A stretch of 21,152 bases of DNA from Candidatus Baldrarchaeum yapensis (GCA_016840465.1 JAEOSH010000041.1:1-21152), one strand, 5' to 3'. Counted from the stretch's first letter, positions 1 through 8,247 are shown. The notes: generated by a model from the letters alone, not told the origin. A program made the numbers and translations.

Positions 1-465
1 CTCTCGTGCGTTGGATGGAGTATAGGTCAGTGATGCAAGCCCCCGTTCCTCAAGAGCGAGCAGAAGATATCCCACCGCGAGCCATGTACTCTCCTTGGCG
101 TATGGTTGCTTTTTATCCGAAATCACTACTATGAGAAATGGAGCCTCCGTGAGGAACTCCTTCCGCCACGTGATTCCTCTCTCCCGCGCCCATTTTAGAA
201 ACCACTCCGGGAGAGATGTACTTTCATAGAATTCCCTCTCTGCTCTTTCGCAAACTTCTCTTATCCTTTGCTTTAGTTCCTTATCGCTTACAATTATGAA
301 TCTCCATGGTTGCCTATTGGCGCCGGAGGGTGCTTGTAGTGCGGCGGATATTGCGTATAACACATCTCTCAGGTCGACATCTCCGTCGCTGTACTTTCTT
401 ATGCTACGTCTACGTGTCGCCAGATCCAGAACCGTGGTTCCTCGTTCCATACCAGTACATTTCAC
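1..465 (-). CDS. Nitroreductase-superfamily flavoprotein, iodotyrosine deiodinase (IYD)-like; 3' end runs off the window
   Basis: Not in the ORF track. Manual translation from ATG 450 (alternative GTG 465, overlapping the upstream TGA as GTGA) is open to base 1: MERGTTVLDLATRRRSIRKY...APSGANRQPWRFIIV...EREFY...GITWRKEFLTEAP...GLASLTYTPSN. It has the FMN-binding RRSIR and PSGxNxQPW motifs plus IYD-type E-x3-Y, K and T positions. Confidence 0.85.
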   Translation of the reverse strand, partial: MKCTGMERGTTVLDLATRRRSIRKYSDGDVDLRDVLYAISAALQAPSGANRQPWRFIIVSDKELKQRIREVCERAEREFYESTSLPEWFLKWARERGITWRKEFLTEAPFLIVVISDKKQPYAKESTWLAVGYLLLALEERGLASLTYTPSNARE

Positions 466-1016
466 GCATCATCTTTAAACATTATGGGAGGGGTTTTCTT
501 CTCGTGGGAGCGAAGAATTTCAACGTATTTTTGCAACTCGCTTGCAATTTCCCCGATGAGGGCAACTATTGTGTCGCTATTACGCATAAACCTACATAAC
601 TCGGTATACAGTTTTCGAAGCACCGAGTCTACGTCTTCGCACATCTCGATGGAGTCTATTGACCTGAAAATGAGGCTTTTAACCTTTTTCTCAAGTTTGA
701 GAATAAGGGGTATGAACTCCCTGCTGAAGAGGGAAGCTATTGCGAAGATGCCCCATCGCTTCGACTCATTGAAGAATACATAACCGGCTATATCGTGCTC
801 CTGCATATCGAGGAAGGATATGTAGGGGAGTTTAGATAAAAGGGTTGAGCCATAGGACAGCCAGACCTTGACGCGAAGAATCTCGCACACGTTCGGAGGG
901 AGTGCACCCGAGGGATAGGTTGCGAGAAGTTCGGTTCCAGTCACCTGGTTCAGGCGCACAAACGCGACTCCCTTCACTATTCCACTCTTTTTGATACTTT
1001 TAGTCAAATTTTTCAC
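462..1016 (-). CDS. Longin/uDENN-like domain protein with a C-terminal amphipathic or coiled-coil helix
   Basis: 184 aa, GTG start with a GGTGA RBS (1021-1025). The N-terminal pattern VAFVRLNQVTGTELLATYP resembles uDENN/longin beta1-beta2 (F-x-x-x-x-GP-x-l-x-x-x-YP), followed by a helix, a three-strand hairpin and a helix. The CDS is likely real; the fold is an inference. Confidence 0.6.
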   Translation of the reverse strand: MKNLTKSIKKSGIVKGVAFVRLNQVTGTELLATYPSGALPPNVCEILRVKVWLSYGSTLLSKLPYISFLDMQEHDIAGYVFFNESKRWGIFAIASLFSREFIPLILKLEKKVKSLIFRSIDSIEMCEDVDSVLRKLYTELCRFMRNSDTIVALIGEIASELQKYVEILRSHEKKTPPIMFKDDA

Positions 1017-1053
1017 GATATCACCATTTTATTGCACTTTTTCGAACGCTCGA

Positions 1054-1061
1054 TTTTTATA
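1054..1061 (-). promoter_or_regulatory. Putative TATA box (TATAAAAA) for the longin-like/IYD-like pair
   Basis: Minus-strand TATAAAAA about 40 nt upstream of GTG 1016 in an AT-rich intergenic region. Confidence 0.4.
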
Positions 1062-1289
1062 CTAATGTTCTCATCCTCCCGTTTATCACTTTCTATGATA
1101 TGAAACACGACGAAGAATACGAAGTTTCTGCCGATTCTGCCGGACTCAGATTACACAGAAAGTTATAAAAATTGCATCAGGCAATTCATCGCAAATGCCA
1201 AAATACATGTCTCAAGGTTATAATATCCGATCATGAAACATATCGTGACTTTCAAAGGTTAGGCTTTTCCGCGGTAGGTCATCCGGCAT

Positions 1290-2408
1290 TTAACTCTTCG
1301 AGATCGTAATCCCCAGCTGGTACTGTTTCCTTGTAACACACATCTTGATAAAATTGCTACTGCTAGCAACAACGGATCCACCAACCCACGCGAGAATGTT
1401 CCTTTCCGGAACTGCAAGTACCTCCACGCCGACGTCCTTCATCCCTCTCGCTTTCAGGTCCCTCTCCACCTCTCTCTCGATCCTCTCCTTGAAGCCGGGG
1501 AACATTGTGTTTCCGCCGCTCAGTATGATTCTGGATATGAGTTCCCCACGTATCGTGATGTCGCAGGACAGAATGCTCTCTATGAGGGCTTCGTGCACTC
1601 CGGGGAGATCCTTTCCGATAAGTGAGGGATCGAACATCACTTCCGGCGCCATAAACCTCTCTTGGGACAGAGCGATCTCCGCGCCATCGGAAGTGCTATG
1701 CACCACCTCCACGGATTTGTGGCACAACCTTATAAGCTTCAACTCCATGTCTGGCCTCACTGCCACATAGCAGTATTTTTCCTTGATCTCCTGAACCATC
1801 AGTCTTCCTTTGGTCCCGGAGATGTTATAACCCTGCCTTATGAGCAACCTCATAAGGTGCTCCGAGACATCGGTACCTCCCAGCTCGATTTTCATAACCG
1901 CGGGGTCAATGCAGTACCCCTTGTAAATCGGAGTTATTTGTGTCAGTCCCTCACCGGACTCCACCACAATGCCCGTATCGGCTCCAACGGCGCGCAACGA
2001 GAGGCTCACTTGAGGCATCATGCAGAGTGATGGGACGTTAAATACCTCGAACATTATCTCAAATATCCTTTCGCGGTTCTTCTCCGGGTTCTTAACTGGC
2101 TCTGTCAGCAACACGGGATGCTTTGAGGGATCTATCTTCAGCCCCCTCCTGAATACGAAGTCCCACAGCCTTATCATAGCATCCCAGTCGACGACAACCC
2201 CGCGCCTTATTGGATGCACCATACGTGCTCCTTTTGAGAGAAACGCCTCCCTCCCAACGAGGAAGTCCTGACCACCCTCCTCGGAATGCACCAATCCGAT
2301 CACTGTTGGTATAATGAGACGTGGGCGTGTATCGCCCGCAAACCCAGCTTTTAAAAGCCCCGTGCCATTGTCGATAACGACGGGTGTGGCGTGGGAAAAT
2401 TTCGTCAT
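1290..2408 (-). CDS. Eukaryote-like actin / actin-related protein (divergent Asgard-type actin paralog)
   Basis: 372 aa, collinear with actin: VVIDNGTGLLKAGFAGD, HPVLLTEP, IMFEVFNVP, TGIVVESGEG, IKEKYCYVA, ERFMAPEVMFDPSLIG, IILSGGNTMFPG, AWVGGS. Confidence 0.95.
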   Translation of the reverse strand: MTKFSHATPVVIDNGTGLLKAGFAGDTRPRLIIPTVIGLVHSEEGGQDFLVGREAFLSKGARMVHPIRRGVVVDWDAMIRLWDFVFRRGLKIDPSKHPVLLTEPVKNPEKNRERIFEIMFEVFNVPSLCMMPQVSLSLRAVGADTGIVVESGEGLTQITPIYKGYCIDPAVMKIELGGTDVSEHLMRLLIRQGYNISGTKGRLMVQEIKEKYCYVAVRPDMELKLIRLCHKSVEVVHSTSDGAEIALSQERFMAPEVMFDPSLIGKDLPGVHEALIESILSCDITIRGELISRIILSGGNTMFPGFKERIEREVERDLKARGMKDVGVEVLAVPERNILAWVGGSVVASSSNFIKMCVTRKQYQLGITISKS

Positions 2409-2610
2409 CAGTGTTACCTCTCATTTCTATAGTTGGAAGTGGAGCCAGGTCTACTCTATATTGCGGGGGAATAAAGTTTTGCGGTGCTGAGAATAGAGAG
2501 TATTACGTGAGTTGTGATGTTATTCTTAAAATTCGTAATAGAAGGGCATAAAAATTCCGTCACTTTGAAAAATTCGCATACTCCATGGCCCCTGCGCATT
2601 CGATCAGGTC

Positions 2611-3540
2611 TTATATTAACTCATACAGGCTTGGAAGATTCTCCCGAGGGATTCTCCTGACTCTGCCCAACTTCTCCAGCGCTATCAGGTACGCCTTGAC
2701 CACGCTTCCCATCCAGATCTTTTGTCTCCAAATTTTGGATTTGTATAGTTCGTTTACAAGTTGTTTGACGGTCTTGGGGCCCTCCTTGAGGTGCTCCAAT
2801 ATGTCCTTCATGCGCGAAAGCTTCTTTTGCCGGTTTTCCTCTATTATCTCCTTAGGTTCCATTATGATTGGGCCGTGCGCGGGATATATTACCGAGATAT
2901 CCAATTTCTTCAGCCTTTCGAGGGAGTCCAAGTATAATAGTACATCCCCATCCGGAACCCCGATCCATGTGCTCATGCCCTTCAGCACGGTGTCCCCGGA
3001 GAATAGTATTCCCTCATCCGGCTGGTAAAGGCAGACATGGCATGGACTGTGCCCCGGCGTGTGTATCACGCGGAACTCATATCCGCTAACCTCAATTACA
3101 TCCCCGTCTTTGACGGGAACGTCGATATTTGTCTCCCTCGCCCCACACATTCCAGTAAGGTACTCTTTTACGAAGATATCCGCATCTTTTCCCCGCAATA
3201 TCGTGTACTTCTCAACATATTTCTTAAAGTCGCCAAGAAGAGGTGCGGCATATTCGTGTATTGCGATGGGGACCCCGTATTTTTCCTTGAGAACCGTACT
3301 CCCAGGAAAGTGATCTGGGTGCGCGTGGGTGTTGAGGACAAGCTTCAGGTTGCGCACTCCTCCGGCGTACCTATTAATCTCTCCCAATATCTTTGATATC
3401 GACTGGTTGAGGCCGTAGGCGGAGTCTACGAGGATCCAGTCCCTCCGCCCGATTAGGTATACGTTGACATCGACCCTAAAGTCCCCGGGGCTTTCAACAG
3501 CAATCATCCTTATATTGAGGTCTCCGGCCATGGCGACCAC
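2611..3540 (-). CDS. Metallo-beta-lactamase-fold hydrolase with C-terminal winged helix (LACTB2-like architecture)
   Basis: THAHPDH (HxHxDH), HTPGHS, FSGD and PAHG motifs, followed by a wHTH-like tail (PKTVKQLVNELY...YLIALEKLGRV). Confidence 0.9.
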   Translation of the reverse strand: MVAMAGDLNIRMIAVESPGDFRVDVNVYLIGRRDWILVDSAYGLNQSISKILGEINRYAGGVRNLKLVLNTHAHPDHFPGSTVLKEKYGVPIAIHEYAAPLLGDFKKYVEKYTILRGKDADIFVKEYLTGMCGARETNIDVPVKDGDVIEVSGYEFRVIHTPGHSPCHVCLYQPDEGILFSGDTVLKGMSTWIGVPDGDVLLYLDSLERLKKLDISVIYPAHGPIIMEPKEIIEENRQKKLSRMKDILEHLKEGPKTVKQLVNELYKSKIWRQKIWMGSVVKAYLIALEKLGRVRRIPRENLPSLYELI

Positions 3541-3589
3541 TGTTGCTCCACATTATAGTCCTAAGTACTTATTCAATCGAAGTTCGCAG

Positions 3590-4579
3590 TTATTTATCAT
3601 TCGATCTTGCCGCGACATATCTTGTGCCGTAAAGATACCTCGCCATTTCAGAAATCCCGTCGGCGAGGGAGTACTTCGGCTTAAATCCCAAAACCTCGCT
3701 AGCCCTTCGGATGTCGGCACAACTTCTCCGGATGTCCCCCGTTCTTGGAGGCCTGTGCAATATCGGCACGTTCTCCGACTTCGAAATCATCCTTCTCATG
3801 AGCCTTGCCAGTTCCAGAATGGGAGTTTCCCTCCCGGATCCCACATTGAACGTCATCCCGGCAGATGTGCTGGCGTTCCTGAGTGCTAGTAGCGTGGCCT
3901 TCACCACATCCTTCACATATACGAAGTCTCTGGTCTGCATCCCGTCACCAAATATCTCTAAGGGCTTGCGGGATATGAGCCTGCGTAGGAATATGGAAAT
4001 GACGCCGCTGTATTGCCCCCCGTCCTGTCTCGGCCCATAAACGTTAAAGTATCTAAGGGTGACGGTCTTCATCCCGTAGACCCTGTAGTAGGCATAGCAG
4101 TACTGCTCGGCGGCCGCCTTGGATGCACCATACGGTGATATCGGCCTTAGCGGGTGACTTTCGGGTATTGGTATTGTCTCGGGCTCTCCGTAAACCGCGC
4201 ACGACGAAATGAATATAAATCTTTCAACGTCACATTTTCTTGAAAGCTCTAGGATGTTGAGCGTCCCCCCGACGTTAATGTCATTGGTGAGGTGGGGGTT
4301 TTCAACCGAAAGGGGCACGCTCACGACCGCCGCTAGGTGTATCACCGCTTCTACGTCCCTCATTACGTGTACATTCGAGAACCTTCTGATATCATCCCTC
4401 AGGAACACTATTGCGCCGTTCTCGATATGATGCCTTATGTTCTCTATTTTCCCAGAGAAGAGATTGTCCAAAACGATGACGTGCACCCCGCACTCTACAA
4501 GTGTATCCACTAGGTGACTTCCAATAAAGCCCGCGCCACCAGTAACCAAAACGGATGTGGGGAGCCCCCTAACGCTCAT
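3590..4579 (-). CDS. NAD-dependent epimerase/dehydratase (extended SDR, UDP-glucose 4-epimerase-like)
   Basis: TGGAGFIGSH, HLAA, SSCAVYG, YGASK (YxxxK), LRYFNVYGPRQ and GDGMQTRDFVYV motifs. Confidence 0.92.
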   Translation of the reverse strand: MSVRGLPTSVLVTGGAGFIGSHLVDTLVECGVHVIVLDNLFSGKIENIRHHIENGAIVFLRDDIRRFSNVHVMRDVEAVIHLAAVVSVPLSVENPHLTNDINVGGTLNILELSRKCDVERFIFISSCAVYGEPETIPIPESHPLRPISPYGASKAAAEQYCYAYYRVYGMKTVTLRYFNVYGPRQDGGQYSGVISIFLRRLISRKPLEIFGDGMQTRDFVYVKDVVKATLLALRNASTSAGMTFNVGSGRETPILELARLMRRMISKSENVPILHRPPRTGDIRRSCADIRRASEVLGFKPKYSLADGISEMARYLYGTRYVAARSNDK

Positions 4580-4686
4580 AGGACCACCTTACACCCGTAT
4601 ACGATCAGCACTTGTTTTAAAGCAGAGCGTTAAGCGATCACACCACACCGATTTTGGAGCATTTGGCGAAAAACTCCTCATAACTC

Positions 4687-5685
4687 TTATTGGTGCGCCC
4701 TACTTACATCTTTCGCAGCGTTTCCGCGCATCTCGGACAACACAACATCCCTTATTTTGCAGAATGCACAAATGTCCAATGGCGTGGCCATATTACAGAT
4801 GGAGCACCTTCGTAACGGAACCTCACGCTTTATCTGCTCTCCGTATTTGCTCTCGAGTGCCGGCTTCAACTTCTTGAGGAAGTTTCTAACTACGACTATA
4901 GATACTCCCGGCCTCAGGTTTTCGAGTTCATCTAGGATCTTTTTCATCTCCGAGAGCGTGGATCCGGCCCTGTAGGGGCAGGCGCCCGAGACTATCTTTA
5001 AGTCCCTGAACTTCGCGTAGAGTTCCAACTCGAACTCATATATCTGAAAGAGTGGCTTTATTTTTGAAATGAGCCCGACATCCGGCACACTTGGGAGAAC
5101 GGGGTCATAGCGCAGGAGTGCGTCTAGGTTCATGTCTATCAGGTTCTGGAGTAGAAATATTGCCTCGTCCGTCAGGTTGTGCCCAGTTGCAACCCTATCC
5201 GCATTTAGCTCCACGCCCGCTTTGTTGAACAGGTAACGTTTTATAGTTCCACATACGGAACATGGCGGTCTTCTCAGCCTTCTCCTGACGCTTCTACTTG
5301 CAACGTTGTCTATCGTGAATCCGTACTCGTCCTTAAGGCTTATGACGATTCCGTCAATATCAAGTTCCTTGCAGTTCTCACGGAAGGCTTCTAGCGCCCT
5401 CTTCGAGAAGTCATCCACCGATATCCCGAGGTCTATGTGGAGTGGCACGAGATCGAACCTCAGTTTCTCTCTGAGTTTCGCTAAAATATGTAGGAGCGAA
5501 ACGCTGTCCTTCCCCCCGCTCACCGCCGCTACTACTCTCTCGTTCGGTCGTATCATCTTATATTGCTCTATAGTTTTCAGCACCCTCTTCTCTATGTACT
5601 CTATGAAGTGATCCCGGCAGAGACGCATGTTTGCATACCTGAGCGAAACCTCTGCGGTCTTTCCACAGAACCTGCATCTTTTCAA
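4687..5685 (-). CDS. ttuA: tRNA 2-thiolation enzyme, TtuA/Ctu1(Ncs6) family
   Basis: N-terminal Zn finger CRFC...CRDH, PP-loop SGGKDS, CSVC, GHNLTD, CPY and C-terminal CSIC...CAFC. The start is moved to TTG 5685 (LKRCRFC), which follows a GGGGA RBS; the ORF track starts at 5736. Confidence 0.88.
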   Translation of the reverse strand: MKRCRFCGKTAEVSLRYANMRLCRDHFIEYIEKRVLKTIEQYKMIRPNERVVAAVSGGKDSVSLLHILAKLREKLRFDLVPLHIDLGISVDDFSKRALEAFRENCKELDIDGIVISLKDEYGFTIDNVASRSVRRRLRRPPCSVCGTIKRYLFNKAGVELNADRVATGHNLTDEAIFLLQNLIDMNLDALLRYDPVLPSVPDVGLISKIKPLFQIYEFELELYAKFRDLKIVSGACPYRAGSTLSEMKKILDELENLRPGVSIVVVRNFLKKLKPALESKYGEQIKREVPLRRCSICNMATPLDICAFCKIRDVVLSEMRGNAAKDVSRAHQ

Positions 5686-5738
5686 ATAGCTTTCCCCGCG
5701 CCTCTTGTTTATCAGTCGTGATTGTGGACGTAGCATAT

Positions 5739-6779
5739 TTACGGGTGAATCAGAACCTTTATGTGTTTTCCTTCCAGCGCCTCCCGGAAGGCATCGTTTA
5801 TCCTTTCAAGGGGAAACTTTGCGGTGATCAGAGGTTTCAAGTTCACCATTCTGCGCTTCAGAAGTGTAAGTGCTATTTTGAACTCGTCGTCTGGTGCACT
5901 CGGAGGGTTATAGGCAAGTGTCCCCCTCAACTCGACATTCTTCAGTACCACCCAATTGGGGTAGATCACAGCGGGTTTGGGGTATATTCCGACAACCATG
6001 ACCCTCCCTCTACTGCGGTACTCGGGCACACCGACTCTTACCGCCTCTATTGCCTGTCGAAGCACCTCACCAACCCCCGAGCACTCAAATGCAACATTCA
6101 CTCCCTCTCCTCCGGTAAGATCTTTAATTCTCTCTACGGGATCCTCCTCCCTCGGATTTATAACCTCATCTGCACCAAGTTTTTTGGCCACTTCTCTTCT
6201 AACCTTCAGGGGCTCAGATATGAAGACCTCCCCCGCACCCGCGGCTCTGATGCATTGCAGTATTAGCAATCCTATTGGTCCCGCGCCGAAGATCGCAACC
6301 CTATCTCCAAGCTTCATCTCGGATCTTCTCACTGCTGCAACTGCGACGGATAGAGGCTCCACCAGTGCGGCTTCCTCCATTGAAACCCCATCGGGGATTC
6401 TGTAGAGTCCACTAAACAGGCCCGCGGGCTTCACGTCGGCAATGACGTAGTCCGCATATCCTCCATAGGCCCTAGGGACAACTCTATCACCAACGCTCCA
6501 GCCCTCGACTCCCTCGCCCACCTTGGCAATCTCGCCTGATATTTCATGGCCCAGCAGCTGGTACATCGTTATTCCGGTCATCTGCGCCCACAGGTTCATG
6601 GATCCTGATATGTATCTTGTGTCGATATTTTTTTCCTTTAGAACCCTGAAGGGCTCGAGGTCGGTTCCGCAGACCGCGCAGTAGTTGACCCTTATCACGA
6701 CTTGGCCCTTGCCTGGTTCCGGATCCGGTACTTCCTTTATGACGAACTTCTCAAACCCCACAAGTTCGGCCTTGCGCAT
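5739..6779 (-). CDS. Medium-chain (Zn-dependent) alcohol dehydrogenase, threonine/sorbitol dehydrogenase-like
   Basis: CAVCGTD, GHE, EPL and GAGPIG motifs; an acidic residue at the end of the second Rossmann strand (ISE) suggests NAD use. The four-Cys structural Zn lobe is absent. Confidence 0.88.
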   Translation of the reverse strand: MRKAELVGFEKFVIKEVPDPEPGKGQVVIRVNYCAVCGTDLEPFRVLKEKNIDTRYISGSMNLWAQMTGITMYQLLGHEISGEIAKVGEGVEGWSVGDRVVPRAYGGYADYVIADVKPAGLFSGLYRIPDGVSMEEAALVEPLSVAVAAVRRSEMKLGDRVAIFGAGPIGLLILQCIRAAGAGEVFISEPLKVRREVAKKLGADEVINPREEDPVERIKDLTGGEGVNVAFECSGVGEVLRQAIEAVRVGVPEYRSRGRVMVVGIYPKPAVIYPNWVVLKNVELRGTLAYNPPSAPDDEFKIALTLLKRRMVNLKPLITAKFPLERINDAFREALEGKHIKVLIHP

Positions 6780-6880
6780 ACCGCTCCCAACTTTGTGCGT
6801 TCACAAGAACTATACTGTGTCATACCTTTATTACAATTTGCTCGGAGCCAAAGCCATACCTAAGCGTGTCGCTGAGGAGG

Positions 6881-6958
6881 ATGCGGATCAGCATAGGCTG
6901 AATCTATCATTGCCGCCGCCCAGCGGCTCTACGCCGTCACCAATCTTCATCTCCGCAT
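6881..6958 (-). ncRNA. Candidate box C/D small RNA (78 nt)
   Basis: Terminal stem AUGCGGA/UCCGCAU. Box C GAGAUGA (6953-6947), D' UAGA (6931-6928), 6-bp stem GCCGCU/GGCGGC with a 3-nt AAU bulge, C' AUGAUAG (6910-6904), 12-nt spacer, box D CUGA (6891-6888). BRE-TATA lies at the expected distance upstream. Confidence 0.7.
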
Positions 6959-6977
6959 ACTATTTGTAGAGGGGCGT

Positions 6978-6991
6978 ATTTTAACCTTTAG
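6978..6991 (-). promoter_or_regulatory. BRE-TATA promoter of the candidate C/D sRNA
   Basis: Minus-strand CTAAAGG-TTAAAAT; the first TATA base (6984) is 26 nt before the first base of the terminal stem (6958). Confidence 0.55.
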
Positions 6992-7025
6992 GAATGTCAG
7001 GGCGTTGGGCTGACCGATGATGCAT

Positions 7026-7643
7026 CTATTCCTTGAGCGTCAGGAACCCCCTTCTCCTGAGGTCCTCCAGGATTCCTTGAACCTCATCGAATGATATCGA
7101 GATACCGGCTTTTTGCAACATCTTTGTGAGTTTCCACACGGGCATTCTCTCTTGGAGGTTCATGAGCACCGTGATTGCTCTCCCTCCGAGGAAACGGGCA
7201 TGGCGTATCACTTCGTTTACATCCTTGTATTGAGGGGCGACCTCATATACTGCACGGTACTTCTCCTTCGTTTTGTCATCGACCTCGTACTCCAGCTTTT
7301 CCATGAAGGATCTGTTGAGGTCGTCCAATCCCCGTTTTATTACCTTGATGGCATTTCTTCCGAACCTGAGGGTGAGTGGCGGGTCTAGGGTTGTGAAGAA
7401 GGATATCAGGAGGGTGGGAGAGAGTCCCATTATCAGAAGCGTGTATTCGTCGAGGCGTTCGATGACGTACTCGCCCTCGGGGAGGTCGAGGTGCCTCTTG
7501 GCAATGTCGACGACCTTGGGGAGATATCTTTCATCTATTCCGGAATAAACGAGATCACCATCCCTATTGATGACAACGAACCTCAGGGCACTCGGAATAT
7601 CCTTTGATATCCCCTTGAAAAAACTTTTAATTGATTCTTCCAT
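7026..7643 (-). CDS. Roadblock/longin-like N-terminal domain fused to a C-terminal winged-helix domain
   Basis: N-terminal helix, then ALRFVVINRDGDLVYSG hairpin, helix and three strands. C-terminal VWKLTKML...VQGILEDLRRRGFLTL is typical wHTH. Fold calls are inference. Confidence 0.55.
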   Translation of the reverse strand: MEESIKSFFKGISKDIPSALRFVVINRDGDLVYSGIDERYLPKVVDIAKRHLDLPEGEYVIERLDEYTLLIMGLSPTLLISFFTTLDPPLTLRFGRNAIKVIKRGLDDLNRSFMEKLEYEVDDKTKEKYRAVYEVAPQYKDVNEVIRHARFLGGRAITVLMNLQERMPVWKLTKMLQKAGISISFDEVQGILEDLRRRGFLTLKE

Positions 7644-7797
7644 CGCTCACACCTAGTGGCACCACTTGAACCTCCCCATAATATTATCAGGAAGGCTTAT
7701 CTTATCTCTCTATCGGGTCTCAACATTTGCTGATATTCTGAAGAATAAATGTTATTAGAAGGTTCATCAGAAACATATCGCACCGGGGGTATTTCAC

Positions 7798-8124
7798 TTG
7801 TATGTCGAAAGGCACTTCAATTACATCCACATAACCTTCGAGGCGAGTGAGGGCGTCGAGTACACGATTATAATAAGGTGTACGCAAGAGGATGGGCGGA
7901 TAAAGGTGTTCGTGGAGCAGGAGAGGATGCACCTCGGAAACAAACTATACATTTTTGAGCCGGGTTCTGGGAGATCCGAAATCCTCCCGCTCAAGGGTCC
8001 GGAACCCTTCGAAATACACTTCGTTTCCGAGAGCGAGATGGAGAAACTGGTGAGGGAGCGCGGCATCGACCGCAAAAAGTGTCTGAACGAGGCGCTTGAG
8101 AAAGCAAATGAAATGGTTTCTTGA
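7798..8124 (+). CDS. Hypothetical protein (beta-rich N-terminus, helical C-terminus)
   Basis: 108 aa, TTG start preceded by a GGGGGT RBS (7785-7790), divergent from 7643, with E/K/I/V-rich composition like neighbouring genes. Confidence 0.65.
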   Translation: MYVERHFNYIHITFEASEGVEYTIIIRCTQEDGRIKVFVEQERMHLGNKLYIFEPGSGRSEILPLKGPEPFEIHFVSESEMEKLVRERGIDRKKCLNEALEKANEMVS

Positions 8125-8247
8125 GCTTTTCACACCTACACCTTCCGACACCTTCCGTTAAGAGCGGTATTACCAGCTGAGAGAGGTTTATATTCAGACC
8201 GTACGATATGTAGACGATACCATCGACGCGGGCAGTAGGGGAAGCGG

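Noticed and set aside
1097-1200. Minus-strand GCGAUGA and CUGA words suggesting a C/D RNA
   Set aside because: Box spacing is wrong (5 nt and 24 nt), the sequence is AT-rich and there is no terminal stem.
6940-6958. GGAGAUG as the start of a fluoride riboswitch
   Set aside because: The complementary CUCC closing the first stem and the downstream pseudoknot partner are absent; the C/D model fits better.
8132-8157. Tandem 10-nt repeat ACACCTTCCG x2
   Set aside because: A single short duplication in intergenic DNA, most simply explained by slippage.
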